DNA of 64,000 nucleotides from an uncultured Verrucomicrobiota bacterium (lineage in GTDB: Bacteria > Verrucomicrobiota > Verrucomicrobiia > Limisphaerales > UBA9464): contig CAIMMI010000283.1 of the NCBI GenBank assembly GCA_903842505.1, positions 2,568 through 66,567 of the forward strand. The letters run 5' to 3'. Both the position numbers and the translations under genes were made by a program. The notes under the pieces are model-generated. The model was not told the DNA's origin, searched no databases, and saw nothing but the letters and a program-made list of their open reading frames with translations. This document shows, in pieces, positions 36,198 to 46,400 of the stretch (position 1 is its first letter; every line of letters begins with the position of its first letter).

Positions 36198-36977
36198 ATG
36201 GATTTCCTAAAGAAGCATTACGAGAAGCTGGTTCTCTCGATCGTCCTTTTGGCGGTCGCTGTGGCCGCGTTCCTGCTCACGGTTCAAGTAGGTAACGTGA
36301 AGCAGACGCTCGCCGACCAACTCCAGCAGAAGATCGTCAAGAAGGGCGCCGTCCTTCCCCCGATCAATCTTTCGACCAATCAGGCCATCGCCACCCGGGC
36401 TGCCGCCCGGATCAAGGTGGTTCTCGACGGTCCACACAACACGTTCAATCCCGGTAGCTGGGAGAAGACCCCGGATGGTCTCCGCCGGAAACCGGGCAAG
36501 GCCGGTCTCGCCGGATTGAGCATCACCCGCGTCATCCCGTTGAATCTGGTGGTTGCCTTCAAGGCCGTTGCCGGAACTGCCGGTGAGTACCGATATCAGT
36601 ACTCGGTGATCCGGGAGTTCGAGAAGGTTCCAGCCAGCCGCCAAGCCCGGATCAAGTCGCTCAATCTGGGCGCCAAGGACGACCTCATCCATCTGGTCGA
36701 GGTCAAGGGCCCCAAGGAGGATCCGACGGAGCTCGTGTGCGAGTTGGTGGAGACGCGTGAGCGTTTCGTCCTGACCAAGGACAAGGATTTCCGGAAACCG
36801 TTTGGGTACGCTGCCGATCTTCGCTCCGAAGGGAAGGACTTCCTGGCGAAGCGGGTCGATGACGCGCTCAACCTTTCGGGAGTGACCTACAAGATTGTTG
36901 CCATTGGAAAAGACGAACTTGTAGTCTCTGCCCCCAATCAAGTGCGCACCACCATTGCCGCCGTTCCGGCTCAGTAA
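36198..36977 (+). CDS. pilus-like assembly protein (Amuc_1099-like / PilP-like position), bitopic
   Basis: 259 aa with an N-terminal TM helix (LVLSIVLLAVAVAAFLL). It sits between the Amuc_1100-like gene and the secretin. I have no motif-level identification. Confidence 0.55.
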   Translation: MDFLKKHYEKLVLSIVLLAVAVAAFLLTVQVGNVKQTLADQLQQKIVKKGAVLPPINLSTNQAIATRAAARIKVVLDGPHNTFNPGSWEKTPDGLRRKPGKAGLAGLSITRVIPLNLVVAFKAVAGTAGEYRYQYSVIREFEKVPASRQARIKSLNLGAKDDLIHLVEVKGPKEDPTELVCELVETRERFVLTKDKDFRKPFGYAADLRSEGKDFLAKRVDDALNLSGVTYKIVAIGKDELVVSAPNQVRTTIAAVPAQ

Positions 36978-37016
36978 TTCAGATTAAGTCTTTGATTCTT
37001 AACCGTAAAGAAACCC

Positions 37017-39941
37017 ATGACCAACGCGTCCCGTCTCCTCAGCGTTCTCCTCGTGTGCGCATCTGCCCAGGGAGTGATGAGCCAAAGTCCCGGCCAGGTG
37101 GCTGAAGAAGAGGCCATTCGTCGGCAGGAAAAGACCATCGTTCTGCGCGATGCCCTGAATTCCGCCAACCAGCAGCAGAAGCAGGGTGATCTTGGCTCCG
37201 CTGCCAAGACCTATGAACAGGCTTGGGGTCTGGTGGAGCAGCTTGGTTCCTCGGTCGAGGCTGAGCGCACCCAGACTGTCCAGGGGTTCACCTCCGTCTA
37301 CATGGAACTTGTTGTCCGCTCCCTCAAGGACGGCGATTACAAGGAGGCGGATGCCCGTTTGAAGCGCGTCCTGGCCGTGGATCCCACCCACACCCTCGCC
37401 AAGCGCCTGAAGCGTGAGAACGATGAGCGCCTCGAGGAGATGAAGGGGCGGGCGCCGTCGGATAAGGCTCTGGAGTCGGTCGGCGACAAGCGCAAGGAGA
37501 TGATCGAGGCCGGTACCCACGAGCATAACGGCCAGCTTTTCTTCGAACTCGGCAAGCTTGAGGAGGCTGCTGCTGAATTCAAGGAAGCCTTGAAAATCAA
37601 CCCGGACAGCCGGGCAGCTCACCACTACCTCGCGGCCATCGAAGAACGGCAGTATTCCCGTGCGGCAGCCAAGCGCGAGTTGGCTTCCAAGGGACGCCTG
37701 GTTGAAGTGGAGGTCAACTGGGCCACCGAACTGCCCAAGCTTCCCGAGGCCAATCCGTACGCCACCACCAACTCGGTGCGCACGAGCCGCGGTCGGCAGG
37801 TGATCTACAACAAGCTGGATCGGATCCGGCTCAATGAGCTGAAGTTCGAAGGCCTTCCCCTCAGCGAGGTCGTCAAGACTCTTGAGGAGCAGTCCCGGCT
37901 CCGGGACCCGGACAAGAAGGGCATCAATTTCATCATCTCGTCCTCGGTGGACATTCCTCAGGCTCAGGCTGGTGTCGGAGGCATCGATCCGACGACTGGA
38001 CTTCCTGCTCCTGCCGCTCCGGTGGAGCCTCTGGATGTCTCGGCCGTAAACGTGCGCCTCGTTCCCGGACTGAAGGATGTCCGCTTGGCCGACGCTTTGG
38101 ACGCGATCACCAAGGTCGCTGAGAAGCCCATCAAGGTCTCCGTCGAGGACTACGCGGTCATCTTCACGCAACGCCTTCCGCAGGCGGAGCAACTCTTCAC
38201 GCGCCGTTATCGAGTCAATCCCAACACCTTCTATCAAGGCTTGGAGTCCGTCATTGGCTTGCCCCTGCCGATTGACAGCCAAGGCGGTGGTGGCGGCGGC
38301 GCCGGTGGTGGTGGTGGTGGTGGTGGCGCTGGCGGCGGTGCCGGCGGCGGCATGGGCGGTCAGGGTGGCGGCATGTTCACGATTCCCCGCGTCGAGGTCA
38401 CCATGGGTGGCGGCGGCATGGGCGGTGGCATGGGCGGCGGCATGGGCGGCGGCATGGGCGGCGGCATGGGCGGCGGCATGGGCGGCGGCATGGGCGGCGG
38501 CATGGGCGGCGGCGGCATGGGCGGCGGCATGGGTGGTGGTGGCGGCGGTGGAAGCATTGGCTTCGGCCCCGGCATCGGTGGTGTGACCCGGACGCAGTAC
38601 ATGGTCAGCATCCAGGACATCGTCCGGCAGTTCTTCATTGCTTGCGGTGTCAACTTCCCCCTCAGCCCGCTTCAACTCCAACAGGGCGGTGGCCTGGGTG
38701 GTGGTGGACTCGGCGGCGGTCAGGGCCAGTTCGGCGGTGGTCTCGGGGGCCAGGGCCAACTCGGTGGCCAGCAGTCGCAGGACACGAAGGCCATGTTCTT
38801 CAACGACCGAACGGGTATCCTGTTCGTTCGTGCGACCCTCAGCGATCTCGACATCATCGAGCAGGCCATCCAGGTCCTCAATGTCGCGCCGCCCCAGGTG
38901 CAGATCGAAGCCAAGTTCGCCGAAGTCACCCAGCAGGACGGCCGGGCCATCGGCTTCGACTGGTATCTGGGCAACTTCCTGATGAACAACGGGTCGATGG
39001 GTCTTGGTGGTGGCACCGCCCCCAGCGTGAACACGCCGGGTGGAGCGACCGAACCCAGGACCTCCCTGGCCAACAGCGAAGGCACCTTCCCGGGCAATGT
39101 CGCCTCCGGAACTGCCATCCCTGCCGGCGCCAGCGACGGATTGCTGACCTCGGGTGTCCGCAATCAGGACGCCAACCAGTCGGCCATCCCCACGATCGCC
39201 ACCTTCAGCGGCATCCTCACGGATCCTCAGTTCCGCCTCGTCATCCGCGCTCTGGAGCAGCGCGATGGTGTTGATCTGCTCTCCGCTCCGCGCGTTACGA
39301 CCCTCTCGGGCCGGCAGGCGCAGATCTCCGTCGTCGATGCCCGTCGGATCGTGCTCGACGTGAACCAGAACCAGGGCGGCCAGCAGGGCGGCGGGGCCGG
39401 GGTGGTCCAACCGACCGGTGTCGGTCAGGTCATCCAACAGAACCCGATCGGGTTCGGTTACACCACGGCGAGCCTGCCGTTCGGTCCGACGTTGGACGTC
39501 ATTCCTTACGTCTCTGCCGACGACGTCTCCATCCAGATGTCGATCATCCCGGCCTACACCGAGTTCATCGGATATGACAATCCGGGTGACTTTGTGCCCG
39601 TCCAAACGGGCCCGAATGTGGCGCCGGTCCGCGCTCGCTTGCCGTTGCCGCGCATCCGCCTCCGTCAGGTGACGACGTCGGCCATCGTCTGGGACGGCCA
39701 GACCGTGGTTCTCGGTGGCTTGATCGCAGAGGACGTGAAGAAGACCCGTGACAAGGTCCCCGTGCTCGGTGACATCCCGTTCGTGGGTCGTTTGTTCCGG
39801 TCCGAGGCTTCGCTCAACGCCAAGAAGAACCTCGTGATCTTCGTGACGCCGACGATCATCGATCCCGCCGGCAAGCGCATCCATCCGGATGACTCTCTGC
39901 CGTTCGACCCGAACACCGTCCCGACTCAGGCAGCCCACTGA
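37017..39941 (+). CDS. pilQ: secretin (type II/III secretion / PilQ family) with TPR-like N-terminal region and a Gly/Met-rich insert
   Basis: Signal peptide MTNASRLLSVLLVCASAQG. The C-terminal secretin core includes PRVTTLSGRQAQISVV, LDVIPYVSADD, VVLGGLI, VPVLGDIPFVGRLF and NLVIFVTPTII. Confidence 0.88.
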   Translation: MTNASRLLSVLLVCASAQGVMSQSPGQVAEEEAIRRQEKTIVLRDALNSANQQQKQGDLGSAAKTYEQAWGLVEQLGSSVEAERTQTVQGFTSVYMELVVRSLKDGDYKEADARLKRVLAVDPTHTLAKRLKRENDERLEEMKGRAPSDKALESVGDKRKEMIEAGTHEHNGQLFFELGKLEEAAAEFKEALKINPDSRAAHHYLAAIEERQYSRAAAKRELASKGRLVEVEVNWATELPKLPEANPYATTNSVRTSRGRQVIYNKLDRIRLNELKFEGLPLSEVVKTLEEQSRLRDPDKKGINFIISSSVDIPQAQAGVGGIDPTTGLPAPAAPVEPLDVSAVNVRLVPGLKDVRLADALDAITKVAEKPIKVSVEDYAVIFTQRLPQAEQLFTRRYRVNPNTFYQGLESVIGLPLPIDSQGGGGGGAGGGGGGGGAGGGAGGGMGGQGGGMFTIPRVEVTMGGGGMGGGMGGGMGGGMGGGMGGGMGGGMGGGMGGGGMGGGMGGGGGGGSIGFGPGIGGVTRTQYMVSIQDIVRQFFIACGVNFPLSPLQLQQGGGLGGGGLGGGQGQFGGGLGGQGQLGGQQSQDTKAMFFNDRTGILFVRATLSDLDIIEQAIQVLNVAPPQVQIEAKFAEVTQQDGRAIGFDWYLGNFLMNNGSMGLGGGTAPSVNTPGGATEPRTSLANSEGTFPGNVASGTAIPAGASDGLLTSGVRNQDANQSAIPTIATFSGILTDPQFRLVIRALEQRDGVDLLSAPRVTTLSGRQAQISVVDARRIVLDVNQNQGGQQGGGAGVVQPTGVGQVIQQNPIGFGYTTASLPFGPTLDVIPYVSADDVSIQMSIIPAYTEFIGYDNPGDFVPVQTGPNVAPVRARLPLPRIRLRQVTTSAIVWDGQTVVLGGLIAEDVKKTRDKVPVLGDIPFVGRLFRSEASLNAKKNLVIFVTPTIIDPAGKRIHPDDSLPFDPNTVPTQAAH
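38403..38550 (+). repeat. in-frame 12-bp tandem repeat (GGCATGGGCGGC)n encoding 11 consecutive M-G3-4 units inside the secretin gene
   Basis: The DNA reads catgggcggcggcatgggcggcggcatgggcggcgg... The protein reads MGGGGMGGGMGGGMGGGMGGGMGGGMGGGMGGGMGGGGMGGGMGGGGGGG. Confidence 0.95.
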
Positions 39942-39955
39942 GTGGACGTACCGTG

Positions 39956-39979
39956 TTCTCCGGACTTCGGTCCGGAGAA
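39956..39979 (+). other. perfect 10-bp hairpin with a UUCG tetraloop between the secretin gene and the downstream cargo-like genes
   Basis: ttctccggac-ttcg-gtccggagaa, 15 nt after the secretin stop. No U-tract follows (tgctcacaaaac). Confidence 0.7.
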
Positions 39980-40019
39980 TGCTCACAAAACTGGTCTTAA
40001 CTTAAGCACTTGAGGGAAC

Positions 40020-41912
40020 ATGATGGACCTACGGAACATCAGCGGAACTCGGTGGTACGGGGGCAGGGGCCCCGGCCTGATTCAGGCGGCTGTCGCGGCA
40101 TGCGCATTGGGTCTGGTACCCATTGCCCACGCCGAGGTGGCACTGGAGGGGACAGAGTACAACGTGGTCGGTCGCATCAACGGCGATCAGACTCATCCGG
40201 CAGTAACCTTCCAAGGTAGCCGAGGCTACGTGGCGTGGCAGGACAACTCCACGGATGGCTCGGGTCTCGGGATCCGCGCCCGTCGGATCGAAGCCAGCGG
40301 CAGCGCTTCTTCGGAGGCCTTCCGCGTCAACGAGTCCGCTTCGGACGATCAGGAAGCCGTTGCCGTTGCCACCTTGAAGGATGGATCCACCGCATTCGCT
40401 TGGCTGGGTGGCAAGCGGGGGCAGCAGGGGATCTTCGTTCGGATTCTTTCTCCCGATGGCACCTTCGTCCGGGGTGAAACCCGGGTCAGCGCTGCCGGTT
40501 CGGATTGCCGGGCTCCCTCGATCGCCGCGCTTGCCAACGGCGGCGCAGCGGTGGTGTGGTCCGCCCAGGGTGCGGATGGCGACGGGCTCGGCATTGTTGC
40601 CCAGCGATTGAGCGCTTCCGGCCTTCCGGTTGGCCCTTCTATCGCCGTCAACGAATACACCTGGGACAACCAACGCAGCCCTCAGGTTGCCGCTGGTTCT
40701 GACGGCGGTTTTGCCGTTGCTTGGGTTTCTGACCTTCAGAACGGGAACAACCGGGCTGATGTCTACGTCCGCCCCGTCTCTGCTGACGGAGTTGCGGGTG
40801 CGGAGTATCGGGTCAACTCGGGCACTGCGCCTTGCAGTTATCCGACGCTCGCTTCGGTGGGGCAGGGATGGGTGGTGGCCTGGTCTGCTGCGGAGATCTC
40901 GCAGGAGGACTCCCGCTTCACCATCAACGCCCGCTGGTTGGATGCGAATGGATTCCCGGCTCAGGCCGTGAAGGCGGTTTCCGGGGCCGAGGGCAACCAC
41001 ACACGCCCTTGTATCGCGGTATCCGCTCAGCGTTTGCTGGTGTCGTGGACCGGAACCAAGGTGGACGCTTCGGGCGTTGGCATTGGCGGTCGAGTGTTCA
41101 CCGTGCAAGGCGAGGCCGTCGGGCCTGCGTTGCCTCTGAACGCGGTCTCCCGAGGTGACCAGATGACACCGGCGGTTTCCGGCTTGGGCGATGGCCGTTT
41201 CCTGGCCGTCTGGTCCAACTGGTCCGGTCTGGACAAGGGCATGGATCTCTCCGCGCAGCGCCTCGCCCCGGACGTGGCTCCGCTGGTGGCGCCCGGTGCT
41301 CCGGTGGTTTCCGGTTTGAGTTCCTGGCAGGTCCGAGCGGCATGGGCTCCGGTTTCCGGACTGCCCGTGACCCACTACGAAGTCTACTTCGACGGCAGCG
41401 AGACTCCTCAGACGACGACCGACTCCTTCTGGTCTTCGCCCGATGTCCTGCCGGCAACGACGCACACCGTTCAGGTGGCGTATGTGCTTGGCGACGGCCG
41501 ACGTTCTCCCAAGTCCCCCGTGGTCGCCGGCAAGTCGTGGGGCAAGGATGCCAACAGCGATGGACTTCCCGATGACTGGCAGTCGCAGTTCTTCGGCACC
41601 AGTGCGGTTGCCTGGCCTTCCCCTTCTGTCGACAGCGACAAGGACGGCGTGAGCAACCGGGATGAGTTCCTGGCCGGGACGGATCCCAAAAATGCTGCCG
41701 ATGTCCTGAAGGTCGCCCTCAACCAGACCGAGCAGGGCCCCGAACTGTCCTGGAGCGCGCTCCCGGGCGGTGTTTACCAACTCCAGATGTCCACCAATCT
41801 GGAGAGCTGGGATAACGTGGGTGGATACCGTTTCTCCGCTGGTTCAACGGACTCCCTGGTTCTCCAGGAAGCCCCTCTGAACGCCTATTTCCGGGTCAAC
41901 CGCATTCGCTGA
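40020..41912 (+). CDS. secreted 7-repeat beta-propeller-like protein with FN3-like domain, TSP3-like Asp repeats and a lineage-type C-terminal domain
   Basis: Signal peptide ending ...LVPIAHA. There are seven ~53-aa repeats (Q..PAVA...G.F.VAW.S...DG...GI.ARR....G). An FN3-like segment follows (VTHYEVYFDG...HTVQVAY), then DANSDGLPDDW and DSDKDGVSNRDEFLAGTDP, and a C-terminal W..Y.LQ.S..L..W...FRV domain. Confidence 0.7.
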   Translation: MMDLRNISGTRWYGGRGPGLIQAAVAACALGLVPIAHAEVALEGTEYNVVGRINGDQTHPAVTFQGSRGYVAWQDNSTDGSGLGIRARRIEASGSASSEAFRVNESASDDQEAVAVATLKDGSTAFAWLGGKRGQQGIFVRILSPDGTFVRGETRVSAAGSDCRAPSIAALANGGAAVVWSAQGADGDGLGIVAQRLSASGLPVGPSIAVNEYTWDNQRSPQVAAGSDGGFAVAWVSDLQNGNNRADVYVRPVSADGVAGAEYRVNSGTAPCSYPTLASVGQGWVVAWSAAEISQEDSRFTINARWLDANGFPAQAVKAVSGAEGNHTRPCIAVSAQRLLVSWTGTKVDASGVGIGGRVFTVQGEAVGPALPLNAVSRGDQMTPAVSGLGDGRFLAVWSNWSGLDKGMDLSAQRLAPDVAPLVAPGAPVVSGLSSWQVRAAWAPVSGLPVTHYEVYFDGSETPQTTTDSFWSSPDVLPATTHTVQVAYVLGDGRRSPKSPVVAGKSWGKDANSDGLPDDWQSQFFGTSAVAWPSPSVDSDKDGVSNRDEFLAGTDPKNAADVLKVALNQTEQGPELSWSALPGGVYQLQMSTNLESWDNVGGYRFSAGSTDSLVLQEAPLNAYFRVNRIR

Positions 41913-41915
41913 CAT

Positions 41916-43409
41916 ATGGGATCCACCTTTAGACTTACGACCAAACTCCTGCCTTTGTTCGCCGGGTGTTATCTGGCGCAGGGGTTTTCGCTGATGGGGC
42001 CCGCTGAGTCGTGGCAAACGGCTGATCTTGGGTACAGCCCGCCGGGCGTTCAGACTTTCGCCCAGGAGGGCGACGTTGGATTTCCGGTCGCCTTGGGAGA
42101 GGAGTTCCGGGTCAATATCCCGGTGATCACCTATGGTTTCGACCAGTCGTTTCTCGAGTACTTCGGGGTCGAGGGTGTGAAGGCGGTCGATGCGGCCTTC
42201 AAGGCTTTCAACGATCTGGCTCCCGTTTCAAACTTCAGTTCCGACCTGACGGAGTTTCCCAAGGCAACGGCGCGGGTCAACTTTACCGCGCAGCGATTGT
42301 CCCTGTTGGATGTCAAGTCCATCACCATGGGGCTGATCATCGAGCAGTTGGGGTTGGCGGCACCGGAGCGGTTCGTGTGGACCCTTCGTCAGCGCAATGA
42401 GGATAACGGGTTCCAGATGTTCAATGTGATCAGCCGGAATTATGATCCGGTGACCCTTCGAGCCACGCCCTACGTCAACGACAGCCTTTACACCTACCTG
42501 GTCCGTCCGTTCGTTCGGAACGGGGCTATCGTTTACTGGGACGCTCAGGAGATCTCGCTGGACGCCGCCGAGCCCAATGTCTCGCTCGCCGCTTACGCCG
42601 GGATGAACGTGCCAACGATTGACGGTCGGGTTGGCCGGCAGATCGCGTGGACCAGTTATGGTTCCTATTATACCGGTTTGACGCGCGACGACGCGGGCGG
42701 ACTGAGATATCTCTACCATCCGGAAAACCGGAACGTGGAGGTATTGCCTGCACTGGTTGGTCCCTTGAGCACAACTCCGGTCACAAAACTCGGGAGCAGC
42801 TCCGGCGGGTCCGGAAACTGGGCGCCTTTTACCGGAACGGGATTCGCCAACGGGAACACCAACGCTCCCGGAGGCGGTGTTACCATCATCAATCAGGGTG
42901 TTCGACCTGGACTCGACAAGATCCAGTTCATGCGGGTGGACATGGATCCGTTGTTGAGTCAGTTCACCCGTCCGCTTGTCTTCCGATACACGGATACGGT
43001 GATGACCAATGGGGTTACACGGACCCAAAGGGTGGAGAAGCAGTTGGCGAGGCCTGACATTGTGTTGACCATGGGTGACCTCGGGACTTGGCCTGCACCG
43101 TTCGCTCCCTATCCCTGGATCTACGGTCGTGGCAAGGAATACAACCTGCTCGGCAGCATCAACGGCATCAGTGGGAATACTTTCGATGCCCAAGGGCCTG
43201 GATTGGTTGAATTCAATACGGGCGGTCTCTTCCTCTTCAACCGTGCCGCGGGTGGCCGGATCAATCTAGGCTCCGGAACCACGGAACAGGACTCCACCAC
43301 GACTTTCGTGTGGGGCAGCTTTGACGGTTCTACGAATGCGCCCGTGGTCTACCCGGCAGGGCGTTTGACTCTGAGAGATCTGGAACGTGTGGCCCTGAGC
43401 GGGAACTGA
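41916..43409 (+). CDS. hypothetical secreted protein or lipoprotein (497 aa)
   Basis: The N-terminus MGSTFRLTTKLLPLFAGCYLAQGFSLMGP is a signal peptide with a possible lipobox (FAGC). It starts 3 nt after the upstream stop. I recognise no family. Confidence 0.65.
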   Translation: MGSTFRLTTKLLPLFAGCYLAQGFSLMGPAESWQTADLGYSPPGVQTFAQEGDVGFPVALGEEFRVNIPVITYGFDQSFLEYFGVEGVKAVDAAFKAFNDLAPVSNFSSDLTEFPKATARVNFTAQRLSLLDVKSITMGLIIEQLGLAAPERFVWTLRQRNEDNGFQMFNVISRNYDPVTLRATPYVNDSLYTYLVRPFVRNGAIVYWDAQEISLDAAEPNVSLAAYAGMNVPTIDGRVGRQIAWTSYGSYYTGLTRDDAGGLRYLYHPENRNVEVLPALVGPLSTTPVTKLGSSSGGSGNWAPFTGTGFANGNTNAPGGGVTIINQGVRPGLDKIQFMRVDMDPLLSQFTRPLVFRYTDTVMTNGVTRTQRVEKQLARPDIVLTMGDLGTWPAPFAPYPWIYGRGKEYNLLGSINGISGNTFDAQGPGLVEFNTGGLFLFNRAAGGRINLGSGTTEQDSTTTFVWGSFDGSTNAPVVYPAGRLTLRDLERVALSGN

Positions 43410-43439
43410 CAACGAAACGAGCGACTTACCCCTGTAAAC

Positions 43440-46400
43440 ATGAAGCGTTTCCCAGCCTCTCTTTTCGCCTTGGCTACCGCCTCGGTGGCGTTGCTTGCCC
43501 GCACGGACGAGCAGTACGTCAACAACGGCACTGTCACGGTTCCCCCGCAGATCGACGCGAAGCGGGTGATCAACCGTGGCACGATGACCCTCATCGGCAG
43601 CACCAAGCCCTTCGAGACCTCCAATACGGAGATCTACCAGAACGAGGGTACGATCCTTGCCAACCCTGGCATCCGATTCCACCTGGTTGATGACGCAGGA
43701 TTCCGTCGTCCGTCGACCCTATTCTCCAACTCGGCGGCGGGGGTTGTCGCGACGACGAACAACTTCTTCCTTTCGGCAAGCCCGACGTCATTGGGGGGGC
43801 TCGGATCGCCTTCGATCCTGAACATCTTCCGGAGTGTTCCGGACGCCTTCCTGTCGATTGATGCCAACAAGATCGTCAATCGCGGCGCTCTGGTGACCTC
43901 CTCGGGAGGCGAGATTCGCCTGACGGGTTCGGACATCGATCTGGCCCGTTCGACAATCAATGTACAACCGCTGCCGGATGGTCGGAGCACGACCGGACGG
44001 CGTGACGGTGGGGTGACCCCGTTGCCTGGGCAGTTGGACACGTATTGGTGGTACGATGTCACTAGGGTGGACTACGACCAGTTGGTGACGCTGCAGACGG
44101 CGACGATTCCGACTCCTGCGGGCCGCGTTACGTTGACCAATGCTGCGGTCTTCTCTCCACTGTTTCCTTATGTGGCTCCCGGGGTGAATCCCGCGGAATT
44201 GCCGTTGCCGGAACGCTTGATCCGGATGCAAGGCCTGTTGGGGAGTACGGTTCATCCGTTTGTCTGGATCACCACCAACGATGCGGCAGCGACGTCCATT
44301 ACGAACAGCACCAACCAGGTCATCACGGTTCTGTTGGTCCGCAGCTCGGATCCGAATGTCCTCGTTGAGGCCAAGGCACAGCGCGGTCGTGATCCGAACC
44401 AGCCTTTGCCGACGGTGCGCCTCCGCTTGACCTCGGTGGGTACGAACCTGATCACGGGAAAGAGCGATGCGGTCGCGTTCACGCTGCAGAACACGTTTGG
44501 GTCTGATTATCAGAACCTGCTCCTGAGCAATCGGGTTTCGGGAAACACGTATCAGCCGACGAACTTCCTGATGTTCAAGCAGACGTTCGCGGACGTAGTG
44601 AATCCTTTTGGTGGGTTGGCCTCAGTTGACACCAACCTGTATGCCAAGGCGCTCGCTGCGTTGAAGGCGGATCTGGAACTCCGGGATATCAGTTTCGCCG
44701 GCCAGACTTCGAATGCTGCTTTCCGGCAAGACCTCTTCACGACCTGGAACGGGGTCGGCGCTACCAACCTCGCCTACACCAATTTGGTGGCGACGAATTC
44801 GTACGCGGCTTACGGGGCGACGTTCACCTACCAGGGTTCGACGATCCCCCGACCTGCTGATGTTGAGGCGGCCGCGCCAACGAACCTGTCCGGGCGCGTC
44901 ATCATCGATGCCAACAAGCTCGATCTCAGCCGCACCCGCATTCGGGCCCAGGGACCGGTCATCATCCGGGCCAACGACCTCAAGACCTCGACGGGCAGTG
45001 CCATCGACGCTCCGTTCATGAATGTGGAGCTGGGTTCGAGCACGGGCGACCTGAAGATCCAGAACCTGTTCCAGGGATCGATCGATCGTTTCGCCGGTCG
45101 CCTTCAGGTCTTCTCGAGCTCCTGGTCCAACAATCCTCCTGACCAGACGGTCACGATCACCAATGCGCCGACCAATCCGGGGGATCCTGCCACGACGACC
45201 GATGTGACGGTCGCCTTGAATGCTGTCTTCCACGTCATGATTGTGGACGCGGACTTCAGCGCGTCGGTCCAGACGCCCTTCGTCGACCTGAAGCTCAACA
45301 GCACCAACGTGACGATTACGGATGGGATCCGGGTGGATCGTTTCGCTGCGGTCCAGACCGAGAATTTGACCATCGACGGTTCCTTGCTGCTGAAGGGCAC
45401 GAACGGGGGTTCGGCCACCTTCAACTGGGATAGGACCTCCTTCCCGACCCTCAAGCGGCTTACCAACAACGGCACCATCGAAGTCGCGCAGGTCGGCGAG
45501 TTCGGCACGGCCCAGAACCCCTACGACGTGCTCGTCAATAATGGCGAGATTACGGCAGCAGGGGTGGTGATGGCGGCGAACGACCTGATCGCGTCTGAGG
45601 GATCCCAGATCACTTCGCAAGGCGGTTTGCTCGATATCACGGCGAAGCGGTTGACGGTGCGGGGTGGCCTTTCCGCCCCGAACTCGATGACCCTTCGTGC
45701 CGAGGATGCGGTCTTCGGGGGTGGCTCGAGGTTCGTAGCCGATTACGTCGACGTTTCTGCGGGTCGTCGCCTCTTTGTTGAGGACACGGGGGCCAGCCTT
45801 GTGACCGGCTACGGAGTCTCGGTTGCTTCGCTGCCTGCGGGTTCGGATGTTCAGGGACTGACGATCTCGACCAAGGTTGAGGCCTACCAGGAAGCCATTC
45901 ACGTCTGGCCGGGTGCGGACGTTGGGCCGACGGCAGCGGGCTTTGACCGCGAGTCGATTGCCTCGCTGGAGTTGGACGGCGGAACGCTGTCCCAGCTGAC
46001 GTTCCGGGGAACGGGGGCGCAGAACGCCCTGTATGTGAGTTTCCTCACCCTCTCCACGAATCTGGCTACCACCAACACGGTTGGCGGCAAGCTCGCCCTT
46101 CTGGACCCGAGCATCTTCAACGTGGAGCCGGGCTTCACGGTTTACTTCGCTGGTGCGAATGTTCCGCCTGCCCAGTTCGAGGCCCTCACGGGAGGCAAGT
46201 TCAAGTACGTGAGCTTCGCCGGTGCGGGTTCACCGCTGGTGACCGCCACGGTCAACGGCAAGCCGACTCAGGTTTCCCGAGGCCTGCGCACGAGCGTCCG
46301 GATCGATTCGGATGGCGACGGCGTGGTGAACGCTTATGACGCGGATCCGTTCGAAGGCGTCGTCACGAGCCCGAATGTGGCACAGGACACGGACCGCGGT

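Noticed and set aside
38403-38550. 12-bp tandem array considered as a non-coding microsatellite or CRISPR-like array
   Set aside because: It lies in frame inside the secretin CDS and encodes the M-G3-4 units. There are no spacers.
36999-39986. 995-aa minus-strand ORF antisense to the secretin gene, including an AAHAAAHAAAHA run
   Set aside because: The His/Ala repeat is simply the reverse complement of the (GGCATGGGCGGC)n array. The plus-strand frame carries an unambiguous secretin core, so the antisense ORF is an artefact.
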